Below, in pieces: positions 9,670 through 19,203 of a stretch of DNA of 64,000 bases (the stretch's first letter is position 1; the number at the start of each line of letters is the position of its first letter). Source of the DNA: Prevotella sp. UBA2754 (GTDB taxonomy: Bacteria > Bacteroidota > Bacteroidia > Bacteroidales > Bacteroidaceae); contig DEJG01000019.1 of NCBI GenBank assembly GCA_002353295.1, positions 104,977 to 168,976 on the forward strand. The letters run 5' to 3'. A program made the position numbers and the translations under genes. The notes under the pieces were generated by a model. That model made no database searches, was not told the DNA's origin, and saw nothing but the letters and a program-made list of their open reading frames with translations.

Positions 9670-11922
9670 ATGAAGAAAATATTTTTGATAGCAGCATTCA
9701 TCCTGTCTGTAATAGGTGTGTGGGCACAAAAGGCAGATCCAGACAAGTTGACGTTCTACTTGATGGACAAGGTCAGCGCTTACAACCGACAGGCGGCTGC
9801 AGCCCACCGCGCTGGAGAGACAGCTAAAGACCAGTTACTGCTGGTATTGGTGCAGGCAGATTCTGAGGAAGTGCTGACCGGTGCGGGGTGTATGGTGCTT
9901 GATCATGTGGACGATGTATATTTTACATTACTTTATCTCAGCCAAATAGCAGAACTGACACAGAACGACCGGATCCAGCGCATAGAACTGAATCCCATCG
10001 GGAGAAAACCGCAAATGGATGTCACCTCGGCACTGGTGAAAGCCGACAAAACTACGGATAAGGAAAAAATAGGCTCAGGATTGACCCAGGCTTACGACGG
10101 TACGGGAGTACTGGTTGGCATCTGTGATACGGGATTTGACTTCATGCATCCGATGTTTCATAAAGCCGATGGGACAACGCGCATCAAGTGGGCCTGGGAT
10201 GCCTGCACGGGACGAGGTGCCACAGAGGGCTACCTTGGTATCGGTTCGCTTTATGACACACCCGAGAAACTGGCTAAGGCTCATGGCACGCGTGATTCGA
10301 TGGCATACCATGGGACGCATGTGGCAGGTATCGCAGCAGGAAGTAGCGTAGTGGGGGGCAAATACCGTGGTATAGCCACTGGTGCCGACATCGCCCTATT
10401 CCATAATGAAATGGCCATGCTGAACGGAACGGATTTCATGAATATGTTTTCGGATCAGGTGGAAAAGGAATTGGAAGCCGTGAAGAACAAACAGGAAGTG
10501 AAGGATATCCTGGCCATGGGAAAGACCGAAAAACTGGATTACTCCGTGGTTTACCTCTTGGGTATCAAACATTTTTTCGACTATGCCGACGAACACCACA
10601 TGCCAGCAGTATTGAACTGCAGTTTCGGAAGTATGCAATCGTTGTGGAAAGACGATGAGCTGGAACAGAAAATCTACGATACGATGGCTGCCAAAGAGGG
10701 ACATCTGATAGTGGTAGCTGCAGGCAACAACGGAAACAAAGACTATTATCGCCATAAAAAGGCAGGGGAAGTGCTGAAGGGTGACACTCTGATTAACAGT
10801 GGGAAATTCTACTTTACAGCTCCTACGGGCAAGAACTTCAAACTCATTCTCCGCCTGGATGATGCCAAACATACGGAGATTACGTTTGAACCCAAAGAGT
10901 ATGACGAAGATAAAGATATAGAATTCAAAACGACGGACGTGGCATCGTATTTTTTGAATAGTGTCAAGAAAAAGAAATATAATGACCAGTTGACAGTTTG
11001 GGAAGTGGAATATAGCTTGCCGTTCGCCGGATTCGTGCACGGAGAGCCTGCCGTTGCCCTCACCATTGAAGGCGAAGCGGAAATCATTCTGCATACAGAT
11101 GAAAGGGCTACCTATTTTAAGAATGCCAAGGCGGTGAACTGTCCCTACACTTTGGGAACGCCGGGCAGTTACGACAAGGTGCTGACCGTAGGAGCTACCA
11201 ATCATCGGGCGAACTTTACCAATCTAAAGGGTAAAACTGAAACATCGAACGATAGCAACAAGAATCCTTTCGGGAGTATCATAAGCTGGAGTTCGGCAGG
11301 ACCCACTTTCAAGGGAACCGTCAAGCCCGAAGTCACGGCTCCTGGATTCAATGTCATTTCATGTCTGAACAGTAATCTTCAGAAAGAAATATTCAATAAG
11401 GCGAATATTCAGGACAACCTGATAGAGAAGTGGACGAGTGGAGGTCGCGACTATTACATGATGGCTACGTCGGGCACATCGATGGCAACACCTGTGGTGA
11501 CTGGTATCATGGCACTCTGGTTGCAGGCTGATCCTACGCTGAATTACGACAAGGTGATGAAGATCATTAAATCGACGGCTACGAAACTGGATGCTGCACC
11601 AAGTGAAGTAGGTAGTATTTACGGATATGGCGAAATTGACGCTTATCAGGGACTGCTGAAGGTGCTGGAGGGAAAAGGCGGTACAAATATCGCCCATTTG
11701 TCGAAACATCCAGTTCGGGCAACACTTCAGGGGAACACGCTCCGGATAGAAGGCATCAGCGGACCTACGCAAGTGACACTATACAGTATGTCGGGACGTG
11801 TAGTGATGAAGGTTACGACAGAGAACGGACAAATAGAACTCCCAAGACTTCCTGCTGCGGTCTATGCCGTGCAGGTGGGGAATATGGGGTCAACACTAAT
11901 AAGAGTTGTATCATTTTACTAG
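9670..11922 (+). CDS. S8 subtilisin-like serine peptidase with T9SS-type C-terminal domain
   Basis: ICDTG, HGTHVAG, AAGNNG, GTSMATP; signal peptide; tail with LYSMSGRVV and LPAAVYAVQV. Confidence 0.92.
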   Translation: MKKIFLIAAFILSVIGVWAQKADPDKLTFYLMDKVSAYNRQAAAAHRAGETAKDQLLLVLVQADSEEVLTGAGCMVLDHVDDVYFTLLYLSQIAELTQNDRIQRIELNPIGRKPQMDVTSALVKADKTTDKEKIGSGLTQAYDGTGVLVGICDTGFDFMHPMFHKADGTTRIKWAWDACTGRGATEGYLGIGSLYDTPEKLAKAHGTRDSMAYHGTHVAGIAAGSSVVGGKYRGIATGADIALFHNEMAMLNGTDFMNMFSDQVEKELEAVKNKQEVKDILAMGKTEKLDYSVVYLLGIKHFFDYADEHHMPAVLNCSFGSMQSLWKDDELEQKIYDTMAAKEGHLIVVAAGNNGNKDYYRHKKAGEVLKGDTLINSGKFYFTAPTGKNFKLILRLDDAKHTEITFEPKEYDEDKDIEFKTTDVASYFLNSVKKKKYNDQLTVWEVEYSLPFAGFVHGEPAVALTIEGEAEIILHTDERATYFKNAKAVNCPYTLGTPGSYDKVLTVGATNHRANFTNLKGKTETSNDSNKNPFGSIISWSSAGPTFKGTVKPEVTAPGFNVISCLNSNLQKEIFNKANIQDNLIEKWTSGGRDYYMMATSGTSMATPVVTGIMALWLQADPTLNYDKVMKIIKSTATKLDAAPSEVGSIYGYGEIDAYQGLLKVLEGKGGTNIAHLSKHPVRATLQGNTLRIEGISGPTQVTLYSMSGRVVMKVTTENGQIELPRLPAAVYAVQVGNMGSTLIRVVSFY

Positions 11923-11937
11923 CATGAACGATAAGCA

Positions 11938-14082
11938 ATGAAACATTTACTTTTAATTTTTGCCATGCTGTTGGCAATGAACGGGCTTCAGGCTCAAAAG
12001 GTGGACCAGCGACTGAAAAGGCTGGTGGAACAGACTGCACAACGACGTGCACAAGGACAGAAAGTTAACAATGGGAATATCACGCGACAATTCGCAGTGG
12101 AGCTCGATGCCGATGGCAACATCCAGACACTGGGTGTGCAGGCTTATATGAAGGAAGGGGCTGAGTGTCCTACGGAACGATTGGAGAAGATGGGCATCCG
12201 CGTGCTTTTCACTGTGGGCAACATGGCTGGTTTGGCTGTTCCGGCTGATAAGTTGGGACTGTTGGAGACTATTGATGAGATTTCCTTCGTGTGGGCCGAT
12301 GAGATGAACCAGTATTTCAATGATGCTGCCAGAGCTGAGACGGGTATTGACCAGATCGTGAACGATGGTGCTTCGGCTGGATTACCTTCCAACTATACCG
12401 GTAAGGGCGTCGTGTTAGGCATTATTGATGGTGGTATAGACTTCAACCATGCGGCCTTCTGTCAAGCTGATGGTACAACGCGTGTCAAGAAGGTTATCAT
12501 ATACGAAGATTTATACGGTAAGTTCACGGAATATACCACCGATGAAGCTATCAAGGCACTGACGACTGACGAGACATCAAGCTCGCACGGTACTCACACA
12601 GCAGCTACGGCTGGCGGTTCAGACACTGGCAACGGTCTGCAGGGTGTGGCTCCTGAGGCTGATTTGGTACTGGTAGGCTTGCGTAATCATGCTACTGACG
12701 CTAATATAGCTGATGCCATTCAACGTATTTCTGATTTTGCTGGTGATAAGCCCTGTGTGATTAGCATCAGCCTGGGTACCATCAACCGTCTGCACGACGG
12801 ATCATCGGCTTTAGCCCAGAAAGTCAAGGCTCTGACTCAGTCAGGTACAAAGGCTGGTCGCGCTGTCGTGTTGGCAGCGGGCAACAGTGCTGATATGCAG
12901 CAGTCAATTGTGAAGACGCTGAACAGAGGACAGGCGGTGAAGACGGTGTTGGGTGCTACGGCTACGACAACCGTGTCTGCTCATTATAGGGATCTTTCCC
13001 TCTTTATATATTCAGAGAAGGAAATTGATGGTTTCTCGTTGAAGAAAATCAATATCAAGACAGGTGCGGAAACCGATATTACTTCGTTGGTGACCGATGA
13101 TGACACGCCCAGTGATTTCGAACTGATTCCCGATAAACCAACAGTTTTGGGAAAACAGTGGTATATACTGATGTCTTTGGCTGGCACTCGCACGATTAAA
13201 CTGGATAATCCCGACCAGCGACTGGTACTTAGCGTCTTTGCTAAAGAGGACAATCAGACCATTAAGATTATCAGAAAGGTGGACAATGGTGTAGAGCCCG
13301 CCCTGATGGCTCCGTCAGAATTGACAGGGATGACAGCGGGTAATGGTGACGCAGCGTTCAGTGTGCACGTCTGCGACGATGCCGTAATCAGTGTGGGTGC
13401 CTATATCACCAAAACATCGTGGGACAGTTATAACCTTGGAGTATTGAATTATCAGGAATCGACGGTAACGGGTGCGAAACAGGTCGTGGGCGAGATTGCC
13501 GACTTCTCGAGCTATGGTGTGGACGATAATGGTAAGAATCGACCTGATATTATAGCCCCAGGTATGGCTATCTGTTCGGCAGTGAGCAATTACGATAGTG
13601 AATTGTTCCTGACACCAGGCGAACCCAATACAAGCAAAGACTTAAGTGAGCTGTTGAGTGTCAGCTATATGATAGAAAAGAAGGGACGCAAAAATTGGTA
13701 TGGGCGTATGCAGGGTACGTCCATGTCAACACCGCATGTAGCGGGTATCATCGCACTTTGGATGCAGGCAAAACCGACACTTACCGTCAACGAAATCAAA
13801 GAGGTGTTGAAAGCAACTTGTCATCCCGTAACCGACACGAACATGATACCTTCGAGGAATCCAGTGCAGGCAGGTATGGGAAAGATTGATGCCATAGCCG
13901 GATTGAAGAAAATACTAAATATTACGGGTATCGAGACTATCAGCGTGGGTGGACACCGCGAAGCAACACCTGCTACTATGTACGATGTGGATGCTCCCAT
14001 CTACAACCTACGTGGCGAGCGCGTGGACAAATCGCAGAAGGGTCTGGTTATCTATAAGGGTCGTGTCTATTTGAATAAATAG
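11938..14082 (+). CDS. S8 subtilisin-like serine peptidase with Prevotella-type T9SS tail
   Basis: IIDGG, HGTHTAATAGG, AAGNS, GTSMSTP; tail TGIETIS...IYNLRGERV..KGLVIYKGRVYLNK. Confidence 0.92.
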   Translation: MKHLLLIFAMLLAMNGLQAQKVDQRLKRLVEQTAQRRAQGQKVNNGNITRQFAVELDADGNIQTLGVQAYMKEGAECPTERLEKMGIRVLFTVGNMAGLAVPADKLGLLETIDEISFVWADEMNQYFNDAARAETGIDQIVNDGASAGLPSNYTGKGVVLGIIDGGIDFNHAAFCQADGTTRVKKVIIYEDLYGKFTEYTTDEAIKALTTDETSSSHGTHTAATAGGSDTGNGLQGVAPEADLVLVGLRNHATDANIADAIQRISDFAGDKPCVISISLGTINRLHDGSSALAQKVKALTQSGTKAGRAVVLAAGNSADMQQSIVKTLNRGQAVKTVLGATATTTVSAHYRDLSLFIYSEKEIDGFSLKKINIKTGAETDITSLVTDDDTPSDFELIPDKPTVLGKQWYILMSLAGTRTIKLDNPDQRLVLSVFAKEDNQTIKIIRKVDNGVEPALMAPSELTGMTAGNGDAAFSVHVCDDAVISVGAYITKTSWDSYNLGVLNYQESTVTGAKQVVGEIADFSSYGVDDNGKNRPDIIAPGMAICSAVSNYDSELFLTPGEPNTSKDLSELLSVSYMIEKKGRKNWYGRMQGTSMSTPHVAGIIALWMQAKPTLTVNEIKEVLKATCHPVTDTNMIPSRNPVQAGMGKIDAIAGLKKILNITGIETISVGGHREATPATMYDVDAPIYNLRGERVDKSQKGLVIYKGRVYLNK

Positions 14083-14093
14083 GTTAGAAAGAA

Positions 14094-14735
14094 ATGTATG
14101 TAGTGCTAGCAGATAATCAGGACATCACAAGGGCTGGCATGATGTATGTCTGTCAGGAAATGGAGCATGTGGAAATGCACCGTGCTGAGGATAAGACGGA
14201 GTTGATAGAACAACTCAAACAGCATCATGATGCCGTTGTGGTGATTGACTACACGTTGTTTGACATCAATGACGTGGATGAATTGGAGATTCTCTACCAG
14301 CGCTTTCCAGAAGTACAGTGGGTATTGTTTAGCGTTGACCTTTCCGGCGATTTTGTCAGAAGGGTCATCGCTATTGCCCCTCGCTTTAGTATTCTGTTGA
14401 AAGAGTCATCCATTCAGGAAATTCGTGAATGCTTGATGTTTGCCCAGCGCTACCAACGCTTTATCTGTCAGCGCATGATGGAGATTCTGCTAGCGCCACA
14501 AGTGAAGCGTACGGAAGAAGAAGTGAAATTGACCCGCACGGAGATAGAAATACTGAAGGACATTGCCTTGGGACTGACTACCAAAGAAATTGCTGAACGC
14601 CGCTTCTCCAGTTTTCATACGGTGAATACCCATCGCAAAAATATTTTCAGGAAACTGGGCGTCAATACGGTGCACGAGGCAACGAAGTACGCACTTCGGG
14701 CAGGACTGGTAGATTCGGCAGAATACTATATTTAG
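14094..14735 (+). CDS. LuxR/NarL-family response regulator
   Basis: N-terminal receiver-like domain (VIDY, LLK) and C-terminal LTRTEIEIL..TTKEIAE..SFHTVNTHRKNIFRKL HTH. Confidence 0.9.
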   Translation: MYVVLADNQDITRAGMMYVCQEMEHVEMHRAEDKTELIEQLKQHHDAVVVIDYTLFDINDVDELEILYQRFPEVQWVLFSVDLSGDFVRRVIAIAPRFSILLKESSIQEIRECLMFAQRYQRFICQRMMEILLAPQVKRTEEEVKLTRTEIEILKDIALGLTTKEIAERRFSSFHTVNTHRKNIFRKLGVNTVHEATKYALRAGLVDSAEYYI

Positions 14736-14761
14736 TTGAGAGTTGAGAGGGTGAAAATAAA

Positions 14762-14793
14762 AAATAGGAACTGTCTCACGACAACTCCTATTT
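14762..14793 (-). terminator. Intrinsic terminator-like hairpin (best U-tract on minus strand)
   Basis: AAATAGGA-AC-TGTC-TCAC-GACA-AC-TCCTATTT; on the minus strand the stem is followed by TTTTATTTT. Confidence 0.65.
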
Positions 14794-14849
14794 CAAATTT
14801 CTAACTAACTTATTATCAACTATTCATTACTCATTCAGAATTCACGCTG

Positions 14850-14881
14850 CAAAGGTACGCACTTTTTTTTAAATATGCAAT
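14850..14881 (-). promoter_or_regulatory. Minus-strand sigma promoter divergent from lacI, with no downstream CDS
   Basis: TACCTTTG at 14857-14850; ATTG (one mismatch to TTTG) 20 nt upstream. Confidence 0.6.
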
Positions 14882-14900
14882 AAAAAACTGAAAAAAAATC

Positions 14901-14914
14901 CGTAAACGTTTGCG
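14901..14914. promoter_or_regulatory. LacI-type operator overlapping the lacI -33 box
   Basis: CGTAAACGTTTGCG near-palindrome with CG centre; includes TTTG 14909-14912, which lies 20 nt before TATCTTTG 14933-14940. Confidence 0.7.
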
Positions 14915-14946
14915 TAGTTTCATATTTTTGTCTATCTTTGCACTTG

Positions 14947-15972
14947 ATGAATAGTAAGAAACAACATAGAACCTCCCTTAAAGACCTAGCAAACGAACTC
15001 AATGTCAGCATTGCTACCGTGAGTCGAGCCTTGAGGAGCTCGTCGGAAATCGGTGTGGAAATGCAGCAGAAGGTCAAGGAGTTGGCGAAGAAAATGAACT
15101 ATCGCCCTAATCCCTTTGCGCGCAGTCTGCGCAAAGAGGCTCCTAAAGTTATCGGAGTGGTTGTTCCTAATCTGGAAACTCATTATTATGCTGCCGTATT
15201 GGATGGTATCGAGGATGAGGCTCGACGGGCAGGGTATAGCGTCATCAGTGCTAACAGCCATGAAGATTTTGTTACGGAATCGCAAGCCATCGACAACTTT
15301 ATCAGTCTTCATGTAGAGGGAATTATAGCCTGCCTGGCACAAAACACCACTGATTATGCGCATTTCGAGGAAATAGCCCAAATGGGAATCCCGTTGGTGT
15401 TCTTCGGACGAACCTGTTTGACGGACCGCTTCTCCAGTGTCACAGCCAATGGCGACAAAGCAGCACAAATGGCCACTCAACATTTGATAGATACTGGTAG
15501 CCGGCGTATTGCTTTCATTGGAGGCCCGAACCATCTTGATATGGTGCAGCGCAGAAAGCACGGATATCTGGAAGCCTTGCGTGATAATCGTATTCCGATA
15601 GACCGTGATTTGGTGGTATGCAATAAGATAGACTATCAAATAGCATTGGAGGAAACTGTCAAATTATTGCAAGGACCGAATCGACCTGATGCTATTCTGG
15701 CTTTCAACGATATCATCACGTTCGCTGCCTTTACAGCTGTCAAGCAACAGGGACTGCGCATTCCAGAGGATGTGGCCGTCATAGGATTTACAGATGATGA
15801 ACACGCTGCGTACGTCACTCCTCGTCTGTCTGCTATAGTAGATCAGTCACATTTGATGGGAGTGACGGCCTGTGAGTTGTTGTTAAATCATATTCAAGGT
15901 GCAACAACGGTTTGTAAGAAGATTGTACCACAACAATTGGTCATTCGCGACACGTCCGCAAAAAACATCTGA
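14947..15972 (+). CDS. LacI-family transcriptional regulator
   Basis: TSLKDLANELNVSIATVSRAL HTH, YRPNPFARSL hinge, sugar-binding domain (IPEDVAVIGF). ATG at 14947. Confidence 0.95.
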   Translation: MNSKKQHRTSLKDLANELNVSIATVSRALRSSSEIGVEMQQKVKELAKKMNYRPNPFARSLRKEAPKVIGVVVPNLETHYYAAVLDGIEDEARRAGYSVISANSHEDFVTESQAIDNFISLHVEGIIACLAQNTTDYAHFEEIAQMGIPLVFFGRTCLTDRFSSVTANGDKAAQMATQHLIDTGSRRIAFIGGPNHLDMVQRRKHGYLEALRDNRIPIDRDLVVCNKIDYQIALEETVKLLQGPNRPDAILAFNDIITFAAFTAVKQQGLRIPEDVAVIGFTDDEHAAYVTPRLSAIVDQSHLMGVTACELLLNHIQGATTVCKKIVPQQLVIRDTSAKNI

Positions 15973-15988
15973 AAAAAGAGACGTTTTT

Positions 15989-16020
15989 TTTGGTAATATG
16001 GCAAAAAAATAGTATTTTTG
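15989..16020 (+). promoter_or_regulatory. Primary-sigma promoter
   Basis: TTTG 15989-15992, 20-nt spacer, TATTTTTG 16013-16020. Confidence 0.75.
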
Positions 16021-16103
16021 CAGGGAACTATCTGTAAAGAACATTTCCAATGACTAAAAAGTCTGCCTATAAATTTTTTTGCTATTAACTAATATACGCG
16101 TTG

Positions 16104-19100
16104 ATGAATAAACGAATCATACTCCTTTCTATGATTTTTTGCATGGCGTTGACAGCTCATGCAATGATAGACGATATGAAGTTCAGCCGTTTGGATACTC
16201 GTGATGGTCTGAGTAATTCGCAGATTGTCAGTATCTTTCGTGATTCAAAAGGCTACATGTGGTTTAGTACGCCTTATGGATTGAACCGTTATGACGGGTA
16301 TCGTTTCAAAACTTTCTTTTCTGTAGCAAAAGATACAACAACGTTGCGCAGTAATTATTTGGACGAGGTTTATGAAGCATACGATGGGAAATTATGGATT
16401 CGCCAAAATATGAGTTATGTCATCTACAACCCCGTGACCGAGAAATTTGACCGTCATCCGGAAGTATGGTTGCATGAACATGGAATAAAGGGCGGCATAG
16501 AAAAGTTGTATATTGACTCCCAAAAGGATTTCTGGGTCAAAACGTATGATGAAGGTTTTTGGCACCTGAATCCCCGCACGGGTAAAGTCAAGCAATGGCG
16601 TTTTGGCTATGGTCCTCAAGAATTTCACAATGACTTTGGCGTCAGTACTTTCACAGAATTTGGGAAAAACGTTTTAGTATCGTCCTACAATGGTGAGATT
16701 TTCTGTTTCCATCGTGATGACAACAGGCTCAGTTGGAAGAGCGATTATCTTCGTAAAAAAGGACTGACTAATAATCAAGACTGTAAATTGCGTGTTGACA
16801 GGTGGGGAAATGTCTATGTGGTGACTACACAGACCACCTATGTGAAAACAAATGGCAGAATGTCGCGTTGGTACTACTCGCTGCCAGACTATTTACGTTC
16901 CCTCGGAATTCAAGAAGATCTTTCCGAAGTGGCGAGCGTTTGGGATGTGAAGTTTGATAAAAAGCATCGTATGTGGGTTGCTACCGACCATCATGGACTC
17001 ATCGTAATCGACCTGAAGACAAAAGAATTGCGACAGTTCCTACACGATAAACGTGATAATACAACAATCAGCGATAATACGATCCGTATTATTTATCCCG
17101 ATCAGATGGGACGTATGTGGCTTGGAACTTATGTGAATGGCATCAGCTGTTATACAGAGAGCAGTTCTAATTTCCGTAACTTGGAGTTAGGTAACATCAA
17201 TACTATCTGTGTTGACAAAACTGGTAACTATTGGTTGGGAACTAATGATGCTGGTATTATTTGTTTCAATCCCAAGACAGAGGAGAAAACAGTCTACAAT
17301 AAAGAAAGTCATGGTATTGGTTCCAATACGATGGTTGGTTCACTGGTAGCCAGCGACGGTTCGGTGTGGTTCGGAACTTACGAAGGCGGACTGATACGAA
17401 TCAAGGACGGACAGGTGAAGAACTATCGGGTGACTGGTAAGATGGGGGATTTGGCCAATGACAATATATGGACTATATATGAAGACCAGTGGGGGTATAT
17501 ATGGTTGGGAACGTTAGGAAGCGGTGTACAGCGGCTGAATCCTAAAACTGGTGAGATGAGCGTTCCCGTCAGCACCCAGAACTCACGTATTCCCAGTGAC
17601 TATATCTCCTCCATCACTCGTACGAAGAAAGGTTGGATGATGGTGTCGCACTCACTGTTCTATTCACTGATCAATCCGAAAACACGAAAGGTCATCAATC
17701 GGAATTTGACGGATAATAAGGATAACGTCACCATTACTGAGAATTCAATCAACGCGATGGAGGACAGCCGTGGGCTGGCTTGGCAGGGTTCTTCATCAGG
17801 TGCTACGGTTTGGGACCCCAAGAGCAATAGGGTTTATCTGTTGGATATGCGAAGCGGTTTATACGGTTCTACAGTCAATGGTATCATTGAAGACGAACGG
17901 CATACGATGTGGTTGGTAACAGATCATGGCGTGTCGAATGTCGTGCCTCAGAAGCAGTGGGATGGCAGCTATAAGTTTGTCGTTCGTAGCTATAACAATC
18001 ATGACGGTTTGCAAGATGGCCCGTATAATCAGCGCGCCATCTGTTATACATCTGACGGCAAGCTGTTGATAGGTGGGCAAGGTGGTTTAGACATTATCAA
18101 TCCTCGCAAAATGGGCAAGGGTAAGGGTGTTGAACATCCGATGTTCAGCGGACTGAAATTATTAGGACATGAAGTCGCTGTGGGGGAAAAAGTTAACGGA
18201 AAGGTGGTGTTGTCCAAGGCACTTGATTATAGCCGTGAACTGACGCTGAGTTTTAATGACGAATTCACCATTGAAATGGCCAGCAATAGCGCAGAGCCTC
18301 ATAACAGATCTCGTTTTATCTATAAGATGGCAGGTTACAGTGATATTTGGAAAAGTACAGAAGAAGTTAATCCCAATATCACTTATCAAAGCCTGCGTGC
18401 CGGATTTTACTATCTGTGTGTGCGTATGATGAATGATGATGGTACGATGGGCAGTGCTGAAAGTCGGATAGCCATCACCATTCAGCCACCTATTTGGCGC
18501 ACCCGTTGGATGATACTGCTTTATATGTTGCTGATAGCCATTGCTGCATGGTTCTGGCGTAAGTGGTATATGAAACGCCAGCAGCGAAGGCTGGATGCTG
18601 AAATATTGCTTCGTGAAACAGAAAAGCAATCGTGGATGGCAGAAATGCGTCGTAAGATGGCAGAAGGTCAAGTGGGTGCCACTGAACCTAAGCAACAGAA
18701 AGCTGTTCTGTCACTCCGTCTCCAGCAGGATGATATCGTTGCTTTCATTAAGAAGGTTTGTCGTGAGTTCAAGGCTCCCGATAATCTGCCATATAAATTG
18801 TCTATAGTTGCAGCTGTAGAGCATCTGGAAATGCTTTTCGATCCTGCAGAATTGAAACGAGCTCTTTATATTCTGTTTACTAACTCAGTCAAATTTGCTC
18901 CAACAGACAGTCGTATTAGTGTGGGGATTGCTCGCTTGGCAAATGGTGATGCCCAATTGCAAGTAGCTGATAATGGTATAGGAATTCCAGAACAGGTCAA
19001 AGATAATCTGTTTGATTCGATGAGTGAAGGGGAGGGCATCAGTCTGGATAAGGTAAAAGAGATTATAGATGCCCATCATGGAACCATTCATGTGGAGGAT

Positions 19101-19178
19101 AATCCTGGCGGTGGGTCTATTTTCGTCATAACATTACCTGCTGGTGAAATTATAGAAGAGGCAGAGGTTATAGAATAA
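16104..19178 (+). CDS. HTCS-like beta-propeller/Y_Y_Y sensor with HATPase_c but no HisKA, receiver or AraC domain
   Basis: Reg_prop repeats (GLSNSQIVSIFRDSKGYMWF, IYPDQMGRMWLGT), PPIWRT plus TM helix, then N-box FTNSVKF and DNGIGI; no H-box. Confidence 0.85.
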   Translation: MNKRIILLSMIFCMALTAHAMIDDMKFSRLDTRDGLSNSQIVSIFRDSKGYMWFSTPYGLNRYDGYRFKTFFSVAKDTTTLRSNYLDEVYEAYDGKLWIRQNMSYVIYNPVTEKFDRHPEVWLHEHGIKGGIEKLYIDSQKDFWVKTYDEGFWHLNPRTGKVKQWRFGYGPQEFHNDFGVSTFTEFGKNVLVSSYNGEIFCFHRDDNRLSWKSDYLRKKGLTNNQDCKLRVDRWGNVYVVTTQTTYVKTNGRMSRWYYSLPDYLRSLGIQEDLSEVASVWDVKFDKKHRMWVATDHHGLIVIDLKTKELRQFLHDKRDNTTISDNTIRIIYPDQMGRMWLGTYVNGISCYTESSSNFRNLELGNINTICVDKTGNYWLGTNDAGIICFNPKTEEKTVYNKESHGIGSNTMVGSLVASDGSVWFGTYEGGLIRIKDGQVKNYRVTGKMGDLANDNIWTIYEDQWGYIWLGTLGSGVQRLNPKTGEMSVPVSTQNSRIPSDYISSITRTKKGWMMVSHSLFYSLINPKTRKVINRNLTDNKDNVTITENSINAMEDSRGLAWQGSSSGATVWDPKSNRVYLLDMRSGLYGSTVNGIIEDERHTMWLVTDHGVSNVVPQKQWDGSYKFVVRSYNNHDGLQDGPYNQRAICYTSDGKLLIGGQGGLDIINPRKMGKGKGVEHPMFSGLKLLGHEVAVGEKVNGKVVLSKALDYSRELTLSFNDEFTIEMASNSAEPHNRSRFIYKMAGYSDIWKSTEEVNPNITYQSLRAGFYYLCVRMMNDDGTMGSAESRIAITIQPPIWRTRWMILLYMLLIAIAAWFWRKWYMKRQQRRLDAEILLRETEKQSWMAEMRRKMAEGQVGATEPKQQKAVLSLRLQQDDIVAFIKKVCREFKAPDNLPYKLSIVAAVEHLEMLFDPAELKRALYILFTNSVKFAPTDSRISVGIARLANGDAQLQVADNGIGIPEQVKDNLFDSMSEGEGISLDKVKEIIDAHHGTIHVEDNPGGGSIFVITLPAGEIIEEAEVIE

Positions 19179-19203
19179 TTTAATTAATAATTACATACGT
19201 TAC

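Noticed and set aside
9588-9827. 79-aa ORF overlapping the S8 start
   Set aside because: It begins upstream of the promoter and overlaps the protease gene out of frame.
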